Origin: Octopus sinensis
Lineage: Eukaryota
Direction: 5' to 3'
Length of the DNA: 64,000 bases
Assembly (NCBI RefSeq): GCF_006345805.1
Contig: NC_043004.1
Span: 64,232,001-64,296,000 of the forward strand
The notes beneath the pieces are model-generated. The model made no database searches. It saw nothing but the letters and a program-made list of their open reading frames with translations, and was not told the origin of the DNA. Made by a program: the position numbers and the translations under genes. Positions 36,746-49,740 of the stretch are shown in pieces. Position 1 is the stretch's first letter; every line of letters starts with the position of its first letter.

Positions 36746-37380
36746 ATAATGTTTGATAGATAGACAGATGGAATGATGGATGGATGGACTGATGGATAGA
36801 TAGATGGATGGATGGATTGAAAAAGAGATAAGGGTTAGAAACAGGAACAGTGTCCCAACATAAAACACAGCTTCAAAAAAACTTCCTTCCAACCCATGCT
36901 GGCATGGAAAAATGGGTGTAAAACAAACAATTGAATGATGTAAATATGAGGGTAGGTAACTGAAGAAAAGGTGACATTTAATCTTAAAACGTTCAAAGCA
37001 ATGCATTTTTGAATTGGTGTTATTGGAAAAACAGCCATGTTAAACCTTTACATTGCAACCTTCAACACAATAAACATGTCTTAGGTATTTAGGTTTTTTT
37101 TTATTTTCGGGTTGGAATTTAAGGTTTAATAATGGTTTGTTTTTTGGGGGTTGTTTTGTCTTGTTATTTCTTTTGCTACATTAAAAAAAAGTATCAATGA
37201 TCACTTTGATGTTTGATGGGTGAAATGTCAGCTTTTACTCACCTGTTCATTCGTTTATAGGTGGGTAGATAAAGATGGAAAACAAGATATGGGACAATGA
37301 GATCAATATGTTGCTATGGACAATTGTGGACTTGTATGGCTGTAGTATAAATTATTGATGGAAACTTCAGTGATGGGAGG

Positions 37381-37421
<41 letters not shown>

Positions 37422-37436
37422 CATACATACATACGT

Positions 37437-37467
<31 letters not shown>

Positions 37468-38099
37468 CATACGCACACACATATATATATACATATATAT
37501 ATACACACACATGCATCATCATTTCACATCCAATTTATGATGAAGCATGTATTCATAGATATATGCATGCCTGTGCAGGCACATGCATGCATACAAACAT
37601 GCCATCATACATGCATTCTCTCTCTCTCACTCTCACACGCACGCATGCACACACACACACACACACACATATGCACACACATACATGCTCCTTTACTCAC
37701 ATGCCCTCTTTCTCTCTCAAGCACTCACAAACAAACACACAGTCATACATGTATGAACTTTCGCTCGCATGCCTTTGCATGCATTGAGACTGACGGACAG
37801 ACAGGCAAACAGCCAGCCACATTGAAAGAAAAGATGTAAAAATACTGATAGTGATAAACGATGAAAGGGATAACAGTGATACTGACGATGGTGGTAAAAC
37901 GATGGACAGAAGCCAGAGAATATTGCTGTAACATGGTTTATTATCAAATACATCAAGATAATTCTGTTATTAATGGTTCTGAGGGTTGAGCAACTTATTT
38001 AGCCAGAAAGATAATAAATCACTCATAATAATACTATTACTACAACTAATAATAGTAATAATAACAATGGTGATGATTTTTGTTTGTTTTGTTTTGCAC

Positions 38100-39245
38100 T
38101 GGCACAAGGTTACGCATGTAGGAAAGGTGTAAATAGTCCATTGGTACTCTTATTGGGAAGGTCTAAATTCTCCATTGATACAAATATGCTCTTTTTGTGA
38201 AGATAAATAGTCCATTGGTGCAAGACTAATTACTGTGAAAAGGTAAATAGTCCACAGGCACAAGGATACCTCTATTGGGAAGGTGTAAATAATCTATTGG
38301 CACAAATACAATCTAGTTATGAGGATAAATAGTCCTTAGGTGTGAGGACACACCTATTAGGAAGCTGTGAGTAGGCAATTGGCACAAATACACTTATTTT
38401 GCGAGACTAATCGTTCCATTGGTGCATTGGGAAGCTGTAGATAGCCCACTGGCACAAATACAAAGCACGCAGAGTTCTGTTTTTGATTCGACGGTCATTC
38501 GGAATGCTCACAGCAGCCATATTCCTACCGCTTTATGTCACGCTGGTGAAACCCATATTGGAGTACAGGATTCAAGCCTCTTCTCCTTATCTCCTTAAAG
38601 ACAAACATCATCTCAAAAGAGTCCAGAAGCTGGCTACCCGCATGGTTCTTGGCCTCAAGCATTTGTCTTATGAAGAAAGGCTGGAGACGCTCGACCTTTA
38701 TTCTCTAGAAAAACGACAACACCGTGGTGATCTCATTCTCGCTCACAACATCATAAGTCGAAAGTGTAACCTCTCGAAAGAGCTGTTCTTCACTCCTGCT
38801 CCAGAGCGTCGGCTGCGGGGTCACTCCAAAAAGTTCTGTCTGTGACGATTTCATCTCAATCGAAGGAGAGGGGCTTTCTCCGTCCGGGTTGCGGATCCGT
38901 GGAATAAGCTGCCAGACGAGATAGTGAAGATGCCGACGACCGCTCGGTTCAAAGACTCTCTTGACCAGAAATGGCCTGAACTCTTTGCATGAACACCACC
39001 CTGTACATAACTCCATGTCCCCCTACATGGCCTTGCTTTTTGCTTTTTGAGCCAAAAAATTAACTTAACTTAACTTATTGTGAGGATAAGTAGACCATGG
39101 GTGCAAGGGTACACCTATTGGGAATCTGTAAATAGTCCAGTGGTATACTTATTGAAAAGGTGCTAAATAGTCCATTGGCGCAAGGTTACACACTTATCAA
39201 GGAGTAAATAGTCTGTTAGTTCAAGGACATATTTATTATGATGGT
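38100..39245. repeat. Degenerate ~40-bp tandem array interrupted by a CR1 insertion
   Basis: aaatagtccattgg-like motif recurs about 12 times at roughly 35-43-bp spacing on both sides of the LINE. Confidence 0.8.
38460..39077 (+). mobile_element. 5'-truncated CR1-clade LINE (ORF2 C-terminus, 3'UTR and (TTAAC)n tail)
   Basis: LYVTLVKPILEY..KRVQKLATRMVLGLKHLSYEERLETLDLYSLEKR..RGDLI..RGHSKK*..FSVRVADPWNKLP..FKDSLD; premature TGA at 38843-38845; natural stop at 38990-38992. Confidence 0.95.
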
Positions 39246-39300
39246 ACAATTAGTTTAATAAACTGCATCCAGTACATTATAGGTATATATTCTGTGCCAG

Positions 39301-39331
<31 letters not shown>

Positions 39332-39334
<3 letters not shown>

Positions 39335-39640
39335 GAGGTGCAATGGCCCAGTGGTTAGGGCAGCAGACTTGCGGTCGGAGGATCACTGTTTCGATTCCCA
39401 GACCAGGCGTTGTGAGTGTTTATTGGGCGAAAACACCTAAAGCTCCACGAGGCTCTGGCAGGGGGTGGTGGCAACCCCTGTTGTACTCTTTCACCACAGC
39501 TTTTTCTCACTCTCTCTTCCTGTTTCTTAAGTAACACTGTGATGGACTGGCATCCCGTCCAGCTGTGGGGGGGAACACATACACCACAGAAACCAGGCCC
39601 ATGAGCCTGGCTAGGCTTGAAAAGGGCACATAAATAAAAA
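39332..39640 (+). mobile_element. SINE family D, tail type 3
   Basis: D head followed by ctgtgatggactggcatcccgtccagc.. and ending in ataaataaaaa. Confidence 0.85.
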
Positions 39641-39902
39641 ATATATCTGTTTATCATTTACTTTACAAGGTACGATGAGTTGGATGATTCGATAGGAGCT
39701 AATTCTACTGTCTGATTGGACTTGGTTTCTGCTCTACACCACTTTACAGAGTGTACTAGGTGTTTTTTGCATGCACCAACACCAGCAAGGTCACCAAGTA
39801 ATTTGCTGTCGGAACCCCTTAACTGATATACATGCCCCTTGGAGGGCTTGTTTGAGAATTCTTCCCCCTATGAACCCCACAGAAACAGTGGGTTATGAAG
39901 AT

Positions 39903-40279
39903 CTGATTTAAAAGCATTTGGGTTGTTATTTCTAGCAAATAAATTTTGGCTGATTCATGCCATCTTGGTAGCAGTTGTCAGATGACATCAGAGATAAAAG
40001 GGAAGATAAACGACATTTGCTTCGTTTATTTTACTTCGAGATAAGAACTTTGGGATAAATTGGCCAACAGTTGGAATTCAACTTAGGACTGGAACAATAG
40101 AATGATTGCATTACAGAATTAATTCTCATCTGTCTTTAACCTCTGATAAAACACCACCTGGGCATATAGTCATTATAGATGTATTATAGTCATGCTATTT
40201 AGCCCTCCTTAGTTTTGGGTCACAGACCCAATTAACCACCCACAGGAGCTAGCTTATAAGTCTACACAAAGTGCGACTT
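39903..40279 (-). mobile_element. ~370-bp TTAA-flanked dispersed element (second copy at 48544-48911)
   Basis: Reverse complement aligns with 48544-48911, about 90% by eye over a ~140-bp core; both copies start at gcTTAA. Confidence 0.8.
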
Positions 40280-40288
40280 TTAAGCTAA

Positions 40289-43200
40289 TATTCTCTAAGT
40301 TCATATCTACATTCATGATCTACTATCATATTCTGTACATCAACTTTGTTATTCAACAATCATTATATCATCCACATCTACATTATTGTTCTACGGTCAT
40401 TATATTCTCTACATCTACATTATTATTCTACTGTCATTATATTCTCTACATCTATATTATTGCTCTACTGTCATTATATTCTCTACATCTACATTATTGC
40501 TCTACAGTCATTATATTCTCTACATCTACATTATTGTTCCACTGTCATTATATTCTCTACATCTACATTATTGTTCTACACTCATTATATTCTCTACATC
40601 TACATTATTGTTCTACAGTCATTATATTCTCTACATCTACATTATTGTTCTACAGACATTATATTCTCTACATCTACATTATTGTTCTACAGTCATTATA
40701 TCATCTACATCTACATTATTGTTCTACAGTCATTATATTCTCTACATCTACATTTTGTTCTACAGTCATTATATTCTCTACATCTACATTATTGTTCTAC
40801 AGTCATTATATCTCTACATCTACATTATTGTTCTACAGTCATTATATTCTCTACATCTACATTATTGTTCTACAGTCATTATATTCTCTACTCTACATCT
40901 ACATTATTGTTCTACAGTCATTATATTCTCTACATCTACATTATTGTTCTACAGTCATTATATTCTCTACATCTACATTATTGTTCTACAGTCATTATAT
41001 TCTCTACATCTACATTATTGTTCTACAGTCATTATATTCTCTTACATCTACATTATTGTTCCACAGTCATTATATTCTCTACATCTACATTATTGTTCTA
41101 CAGTCATTATATTCTCTACATCTACATTATTGTTCCACAGTCATTATATTCTCTACATCTACATTATTGTTCTACAGTCATTATATTCTCTACATCTACA
41201 TTATTGTTCTACAGTCATTATATTCTCTACATCTACATTATTGTTCTACAGTCATTATATTCTCTACATCTACATTATTGTTCCACAGTCATTATATTCT
41301 CTACATCTACATTATTGTTCTACAGTCATTATATTCTCTACATCTACATTATTGTTCCACAGTCATTATATTCTCTACATCTACATTATGGTTCTACAGT
41401 CATTATATTCTCTACATCTACATTATTGTTCTACAGTCATTATATTCTCTACATCTACATTATTGTTCCACAGTCATTATATTCTCTACATCTACATTAT
41501 TGTTCTACAGTCATTATATTCTCTACATCTACATTATTGTTCCACAGTCATTATATTCTCTACATCTACATTATTGTTCTAACAGTCATTATATTCTCTA
41601 CATCTACAACATTATTGTTCTACAGTCATTATATTCTCTACATCTACATTATTGTTCCACAGTCATTATATCTCTACATCTACATTATTGTTCTACAGTC
41701 ATTATATTCTCTACATCTACATTATTGTTCCACAGTCATTATATTCTCTACATCTACATTATTGTTCTACAGTCATTATATTCTCTACATCTACATTATT
41801 GGTCTACAGTCATTATATTCTCTACATCTACATTATTGTTCTACAGTCATTATATTCTCTACATCTACATTATTGTTCTACAGTCATTATATTCTCTACA
41901 TCTACATTATTGTTCTACAGTCATTATATTCTCTACATCTACATTATTGTTCCACAGTCATTATATTCTCTACATCTACATTATTGTTCTACAGTCATTA
42001 TATTCTCCACATCTACATTATTGTTCTACAGTCATTATATTCTCTACATCTACATTATTGTTCTACAGTCATTATATTCTCTACATCTACATTATTGTTC
42101 TACAGTCATTATATTCTCTACATCTACTTTATTGTTCTACAGTCATTATATTCTCTACATCTACATTATTGTTCCACAGTCATTATATTCTCTACATCTA
42201 CATTATTGTTCTACAGTCATTATATTCTCTACATCTACATTATTGTTCTACACTCATTATATTCTCTACATCTACATTATGTTCTACAGTCATTATATTC
42301 TCTACATCTACATTATTGTTCTACAGTCATTATATTCTCTACATCTACATTATTGTTCTACAGTCATTATATTCTCTACATCTACATTATTGTTCTACAG
42401 TCATTATATTCTCTACATCTACATTATTGTTCTACAGTCATTATATTCTCTACATCTACATTATTGTTCTACAGTCATTATATTCTCTACATCTACATTA
42501 TTGTTCTACAGTCATTATATTCTCTACATCTACATTATTGTTCTACTGTCATTATATTCTCTACATCTACATTATTGTTCTACAGTCATTATATTCTCTA
42601 CATCTTCATTATTGTTCTACAGTCATTATATTCTCTACATCTACATTATTGTTCTACAGTCATTATATTCTCTACATCTACATTATTGTTCTACAGTCAT
42701 TATATTCTCTACATCTACATTATTGTTCCACAGTCATTATATTCTCTACATCTACATTATTGTTCCACAGTCATTATATTCTCTACATCTACATTATTGT
42801 TCTACAGTCATTATATTCTCTACATCTACATTATTGTTCTACAGTCATTATATTCTCTACATCTACATTATTGTTCTACAGTCATTATATTCTCTACATC
42901 TACATTATTGTTCTACAGTCATTATATTCTCTACATCTACATTATTGTTCCACAGTCATTATATTCTCTACATCTACATTATTGTTCCACAGTCATTATA
43001 TTCTCTACATCTACATTATTGTTCCACAGTCATTATATTCTCTACATCTACATTGTTGTTCTACAGTCATTATATTCTCTACATCTACATTATTGTTCTA
43101 CAGTCATTATATTCTCTACATCTACATTATTGTTCTACTGTCATTATATTCTCTACATCTACATTATTGTTCTACAGTCATTATATTCTCTACATCTACA

Positions 43201-43665
43201 TTATTGGTCTACAGTCATTATATTCTCTACATCTACATTGTTGTTCTACAGTCATTATATTCTCTACATCTACATTATTGTTCTACAGTCATTATATTCT
43301 CTACATCTACATTATTGTTCCACAGTCATTATATTCTCTACATCTACATTATTGTTCTACAGTCATTATATTCTCTACATCTACTTTATTGATCTACAAT
43401 CATATTTCTACAACACATTGTTTATCTATAATCATTATTTTTCCTGCATCTGCCTATACATTGTTGATTACAAACATTATTTTCTCTACATTGTTGAATT
43501 ATCATATTCTCTATATGTGTCTCTACATTCATATCTGTTTTTCAATTTTATTCTCTACATCTGTGGAATGTACACACAAGCACACAAATAAACATTCACT
43601 GAATTTCTATATACACGCTTGTGATACGTTCATTCATCATCAAAACCTTATATACTCTACATATT
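40289..43665. repeat. 37-bp minisatellite, about 82 homogeneous units (40371-43400) with degenerate flanks
   Basis: Unit tctacatctacattattgttctacagtcattatattc; the 37-aa periodicity of the ORFs equals three units. Confidence 0.97.
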
Positions 43666-43934
43666 TTTAAACAGATGCGCACACTCACAGAATATACTGT
43701 ATTTAAATTACGTACCTAGTAAGATATAATTATGGATGTATCTATCTGTCAGACTATCTATTCAAGTATCAAAGCACACCCACACACACCACTGTCACAT
43801 ACCTTGAATGGAGACACTAATTCACTTATGCACATATATACGTGCATTAATACAGAGACCTGTAAAGTGTGATTAAGAAAAATGTTGTGCATTGATCTTG
43901 AGAAGTGCTCCTAAAACAATGTGTGTGTGTGTTT

Positions 43935-44170
43935 GTCCTTGTCATGTAAACGTATGTATGTTGTGTCCAGCTTTGTGTTTCTCTCTCACTGTTTGATGAC
44001 CAGTGTTGGTTTGTTTACATTCCTGTAACTTAGCGAACAGAAAAGAAAATGACCAACAGAATATATCCCGACTTAAAAAACAATTCCTTGTTGATTTCAT
44101 TCATTAAATCCTTCAGGGCAGTGCTGCAGTATGGCCACAGGACAACAACTAAAACAAGTGAAAAATAAAT
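43935..44170 (+). mobile_element. Old SINE family A, 3' part
   Basis: ccagtgttggtttgtttacattcctgtaacttagc..cagtatggccacag..aaaacaagt. Confidence 0.75.
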
Positions 44171-44487
44171 AAATATTCTATGTTCTGAATTCTGTTAAAA
44201 ACAAAATTTTTAAAAATGTAACCAACTTTAAAAATGACTTTTGTCTATGATAATAATAAAGCTAAAAATATATTCAGTCGGTCGAGCAAATCAGATAGCA
44301 GTTCCATCGTTGGCTGTGAGCCAACCGCTTATAGGGTTTTCAGTTGCAAAGAATTTTACAAGGTTTCTGGATCACAGCAACACTTTATATCTCAAAATAT
44401 GTTGGTCTTGCACTGATAAATTTAATTAGATTATGACTAGAAAGATATCAAAACATTGTAAAATTGCAACATATATATATATATATA

Positions 44488-44661
44488 CTTTATTTAAAAG
44501 CAGCAGAAATATAACAAAAGCTGTTACTCAGTTTCTTGTGAAACTCTGAGTAACAGCTTTTGTTATATTTCTACTGCTTTTAAATAAAGCATATTACTCT
44601 ACCTCTGGCATTTGAGTACTCTTTTTTCCACCTTGTTTCACATGTATGTGCTTACTCCAGT
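44488..44661 (+). mobile_element. Penelope-type remnant with a ~100-bp palindrome (44488-44589), between (TA)n tracts
   Basis: ctttatttaaaagcagcagaaatataacaaaagctgttactcag / ctgagtaacagcttttgttatatttctactgcttttaaataaag; same family as 16890. Confidence 0.75.
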
Positions 44662-44859
44662 ATATATATATATATATATATATATCTCAAAATATTAAGT
44701 AAACAACGTTGATATGAGGATGTAGTACAAGTAATTAAACTATATTATAAATGTGATGCCAATCTATACAACAAAGTATATCTTATTCTGTAAACATATT
44801 CCATATAATATAGTATGCACCACACAATTATTGTCAGTGGCATTTGCTACTCCTTGTTT

Positions 44860-45340
44860 CCAAATTTCTTTCTTTCTTTGTGCTTCCTTGCATGTGTTGG
44901 TGCCTCTGACGGCTAGCAAGACCAATTTTTGCATGGAACAATTGTCCATGGAGGTCACATTGGGTTAGGCAGTAGAGGCTTTGATTTGGAGCTGGCTGGA
45001 CTTTTGTTGTAACAGTTTATTTTTTATTTCTTTGATGTTTTTACAAAACATTCTCTGCCAATATTGATGATGTGATGTCTGCTGTTCTGTCTTCTATGTA
45101 TTGTTCCCAGGATTTTAGGCCATTGTGGGTACATTGCCTGCTTCAGTTGATATTTGTAGCATTGCGTGAGGCATCCGCTCTTGCTGGTGCTAACTTTTCT
45201 GTAGAGAATTTGGTGAGGCAGTCTGGGATTATCCAAGTAGTGGGCATGATTTTCCCAGATGAGACAATGTTTGACCTGTTCAAGGATTGCAAGATTTTTG
45301 ACACTGTCATCCCATTTAATGTTTAATTGATCACAGTTTT
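44860..45340 (-). mobile_element. RTE/BovB-like LINE ORF2 3' fragment
   Basis: LNIKWDDSVKN..ILEQ..W..H...DNPRLPHQILY..YKYQLKQ, then a degenerate C2H2 finger CDLHGQLFHAKIGLASRQRH. Confidence 0.85.
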
Positions 45341-45467
45341 TGTTATATTCATATAATATAGTATAAACCATGATGATCACTGCCATCAAGTTCAATATAT
45401 GAGTGTTTGAAGGAAAAGATTTTTAAAAAAGAAGTAATAAAATATTTAAAAATAAAAGAAGCTGCAT

Positions 45468-45800
45468 TTATTTGCAATGGATACATGAATGTGATTTGAT
45501 CCAGGAATGGATTTTGCTATGAAGTCACAATGGGGACACTGATGATTTTAATTTTGCCTGGGATGGGCAAACATGTCTGTTGATTGCAGGATATAATTCT
45601 TTCCTTGGTCTCTTTCTTCAACTCAAATTGTTTTAATACATCGTAACACATTTTATGCCATGCAGATCGATCTCGTAATAACTTTCTCAAGATGTCAAAT
45701 TAAGCTCTGGAGACTCTAGTGATTGTTTCAACTTATCCTTATACCTAAGCTCAGGTCTTCCTTTACTGCAGTATCCCTCTATTTGTTGGCCTTTTAGAAT
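45468..45800 (-). mobile_element. Second RTE/BovB-like 3' fragment
   Basis: SKGRPELRYKDKLKQSLE..*E..RDRSAWHKMC..FE..CPHCDFIAKSHSWIKSHSCIH*. Confidence 0.8.
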
Positions 45801-46084
45801 GTTATTAACTTTCATTCGAACATACAAACATAGTATATACTATAAAATATAGTATAATCTGTATAATACTGCATTATATTTTTCATGTCCACTTTTCCAT
45901 GAGTCAAATGAATGAGTCAGATGGAAATACATTGACATAGATTTTCTACAGTCAGATGTCCTTCCTGTCACTAGCCCTCACTTAATTCCATGCAAGGTAA
46001 TACTTCCACAGAAGATTACAAATGAACAACACCACTTCTATGACAGTGATATTTGTTTACATCTATCATACACACACATAGATT

Positions 46085-46225
46085 TATATGATGGGGCCGG
46101 TGGGGTGGGGTTCAGTTTCTATCGACCAAATCTATTTACAACACTTTAGTAGAAAAAACTTCCCCAAGGAAACTCAACCTGAAATTTCATGATTGGGAAG
46201 CAAGCTTCATAACCCCATAGCCATG
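46085..46225 (-). mobile_element. SINE family A, 5' fragment
   Basis: cagtttctatcgaccaaatct..ctttagtagaaaaaacttccccaagg..gggaagcaagctt. Confidence 0.6.
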
Positions 46226-46231
46226 TCTATA

Positions 46232-46298
<67 letters not shown>

Positions 46299-47007
46299 CG
46301 TACATATATATATATACACACACAATGCTCTCTCTCTCTTCCCCTCTCTGCACACACACACACACACATGTACATTATAGTATACACTGCATTAATAATA
46401 ACAACCTAAAATGTGAGAACTGTGTGATAACATAAACAATATGCAAATGATATCAATATGACCACAAAAGGATATCGGAATAGTGTAAAAATGTGCTAGA
46501 AGCAACAGTGGCAGCAGTAAGGATGTGGGTGGGTGGGTGGGTGGATCTTAGACAATTTATCATAGAACAAGGAATTGTGTAAAGTAATATCAACAACATT
46601 GTGTACAATATATTGGTGTGGTGTTGGTCCCTAAGGATATCAGAACAGTGTGATATAAACCTAAGTGATACCAGACCTGTAGTATTAAATATTACACTAG
46701 AGATATATTAGAAGTATGGGAAAATGACACGAGTTATCAGCATTGTATGAAAAGGATATAAAATATGGGGGGGGGGAAAGGAATAGGAAAATAAATCAAT
46801 TTTTATCAGAATCTTTGAGACATTTATCTGTTTGTCCATCACTGTCTCTCGGTCCGATTGTCTGTCTATCGATATACACCTATATTGAATGTGTATCTGT
46901 CTGTCTGTCTTTCTGTCTGTCTTTCTGTCTGTATGTCCAACTACTTTGTAGTTATGTACATATATTTCCATATATTTCTATCTAATTTTCTGTCTGTGCG
47001 TTGTACG

Positions 47008-48532
47008 TGTTGTTTGGTTGGAAGGTACATGTGTCTGGGGGTGGGGGCTGCATTGATGTGCATCAAAGAAGAAAATAAGAAAATAATGCTTGTGTGTGTG
47101 TGTGTGTGTATGGGTTTAATTGTTTATGTGTGTGTTCATTAGTTTGGTTAAGTCATCAATATCAAGTCTTTGCTGGAGCAATGCCTTCTGTGTAAATATA
47201 CATACATACATACATGTATATGTATGTATATTTATATATGCATTTGTCTCCGCACATCTGTGTAGGTATACATACACATATGCACACACATACACACACA
47301 TATTAAAACAGAAACCTGAAAAATTTTTGGTATTTTTTCCATATTACATCATCATCATTATCCTTGTTTAACATCCATTTTCCATGCTGGCATGAGTTGG
47401 ATGATTCATCAGATGCTGGCCAGTCAGAGAGCAATGCTATGCTCCAATTGTCTGTTTTGGCATGGCTTCTATGGCTGGATGCCCTTCCTAACACCAAGTA
47501 CTTTACAGTGTACTTGGTACTTTTTACATGTGTTTTTATGTGGCACCAGCACAGATGCTTTTTACATGGCAATCGCCAGTTAAAATCCATTTTCCATGCT
47601 GACATGGGTCAGAGAGTTTGACTGGATTCAACAAACCATGTCTACCTCAAAATCCAACGTCAGTTTTGGCATGGTTTGTATAGCTGAATACCCTTCCTAA
47701 CAACTATATTTCATTCCACTCTGATGAGTGCAGGGTTACGCAATTGGGCTGTTACCTAACACTCCATTGGACCCCTAGTGCAAAATCGATTGGTAATATT
47801 GTACACTTTGATTATTATATACACACACACACACACGAATGTATGTTTGTACCAGTATGCACTTGCTCTGAGTTCAAAATTCACCCTGGTACTGAAGATC
47901 AGGGGTTCTCATTAATCACTGGAGCATGTTATCTGATCCACACTAAATTAGCCACATTGGACAGATATATCTACAACCAGCAGTGATAAGCTAGGCAAGA
48001 GAAGCTGAGGCTTAGATTTCTAAAAGTTGAACGGAATTCTCTAAATAATCCTGGATTAGCTTGATAGTATGTACCTCTCTAAGAATGAGACACTTGATAA
48101 TAGAGATGATCTGAGATCAAACCATTCAAAACACAGGGTAGGTGTAAATATTTAAAATATTATTTTTGTGTCAACAGATAAATTTAATTAGTAACTGGAA
48201 AGAAGTTAGAAGCTTATTGATTCATTTCAGACATTTAACCATGTGTATGTGTGTGCATATGTGTATGTATACCTACACAGATGTGCGGAGACAAATGCAT
48301 ATATAAATATACATACATATACATGTATGTATGTATGTATATTTACACAGAAGGCATTGCTCCAGCAAAGACTTGGTATTGATGACTTAACCAAACTAAT
48401 GAACACACACATATACAATTAAACCCATACACACACACACACACACACAAGCATTATTTTCTTATTTTCTTCTTTGATGCACATCAATGCAGCCCCCACC
48501 CCCAGACACACGTACCTTCCAACCAAACAACA
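47008..48532. repeat. Local inverted duplication: arms 47008-47296 and 48242-48532
   Basis: Arms are reverse complements; only three substitutions seen, plus microsatellite length differences; 945-bp spacer. Confidence 0.95.
47345..47700 (-). mobile_element. Family E fragments
   Basis: catcatc..gtttaacatccattttccatgctggcatg..ggatgcccttcctaac, present twice. Confidence 0.75.
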
Positions 48533-48543
48533 TACTTGCTTAA

Positions 48544-48911
48544 AATCCACACACTGTGCAGACGTTTAAGCTAGCGCCTGCAGAGGGCTAATTGGGCCTG
48601 TGGCCCCAATCTAAGGAGAGCTAAATATCATGACTATAAAACATCTATAATGACTATATGCCCCTGGTGGTGTTTGATCAGAGGTGAAGGACAGATGAGA
48701 ATCAATTCTGCAATGCAATCATTCTATTGTTCCAGTCCCAAGTTGAATTCCAGTTGTTGGCCAATTTATCCTTAATTTCTTATCTCGACATAAAATTCGC
48801 AAAGCAAATGTCATGATCTCAGACATCATCTGACAAACGCCAACCAAGATGGCGTGAATCAGCCAAGTTTTACCTGCTAGAAATAACAATCCAAATGTTT
48901 TTAAACCAGAT
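48544..48911 (+). mobile_element. TTAA-flanked dispersed element (copy of 39903-40279)
   Basis: See 39903; contains caagatggcg (YY1-type motif) at 48845-48854. Confidence 0.8.
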
Positions 48912-49115
48912 TCCAATGCTGGATGTTCAAGAACCAAATGAAGGGCAAATTTCCAATCCCAGAATAATCCTGATTCCAAAAAGTATAAAATGTCTATGTA
49001 GAGTAAATGTAGACTGAGATACAGGGGTCCCGGACAGACAGAATTTCACATTTATTATCATAGATTTCTTGTCAATTATGTATCCCAGAACAAGTGTTGG
49101 CAAACTACCGCTTAA

Positions 49116-49380
49116 CACTTTTAGTGTTCACGTTACTCTGTCAAATGTAAAGCTTATATATTCATATTGTTTTGTATTAATCAAGCATTATCTAACAGCT
49201 TTATATCTCAAAAATATGTTGTATTAATTAAGCATTATCTAATAGTTTTGAGGTTTCCATGAAGTGGTTTATTTTAGAATGGCATTGTAGGGTAGGTGTG
49301 AGAAGCTACACATGGTCAGTTTGAATGTCAGAACAGGTAGAATATTTGGGCTGGATATAGCTGGTTTAAAGATTAAAGGA
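49116..49380 (+). mobile_element. piggyBac-type MITE (30982 family)
   Basis: TTAA|cacttttag ... gattaaagga|TTAA; internal 29-bp duplication. Confidence 0.75.
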
Positions 49381-49446
49381 TTAAGGCTTCTTTGCATCCA
49401 GCTTGCTAACCTTATTGAATAAAAGCCACTGTTTTTGGTAAAATCT

Positions 49447-49740
49447 GAGAACACAAACAGATAAACAGTCTTTGAATTTTGGTATCATAATGACATGAAG
49501 TTGCCTACAAAAAATATCTTTTGTTTGTTTTTTATTGTCTTCAGTTAGAGAACAATAAAATTTAGGAATGATAAAATAGACCAGAACTCTTAAAAGTCAG
49601 AGAACACAGAAACAGATAAACAGTCTTTGAAATTTAGTATTAGATTGATGTGATATTGCCTACTAATTTTTTTTTTTTTTTTTTCTAACTTTGGTTTGTG
49701 AACAATAAAATTTAGTTTCGAAAAATAGAACTAAAGTCTT
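49447..49740. repeat. Diverged local tandem duplication of ~150 bp
   Basis: gagaacac..aaacagataaacagtctttgaa..ttgcctac..gaacaataaaatttag occurs twice. Confidence 0.8.

Noticed and set aside
40315-43670. ORFs of 398-1081 aa, or a CRISPR-like array
   Set aside because: All three plus-strand frames give the same permuted 37-aa repeat from a 37-bp unit; the units are contiguous, with no unique spacers and no cas genes
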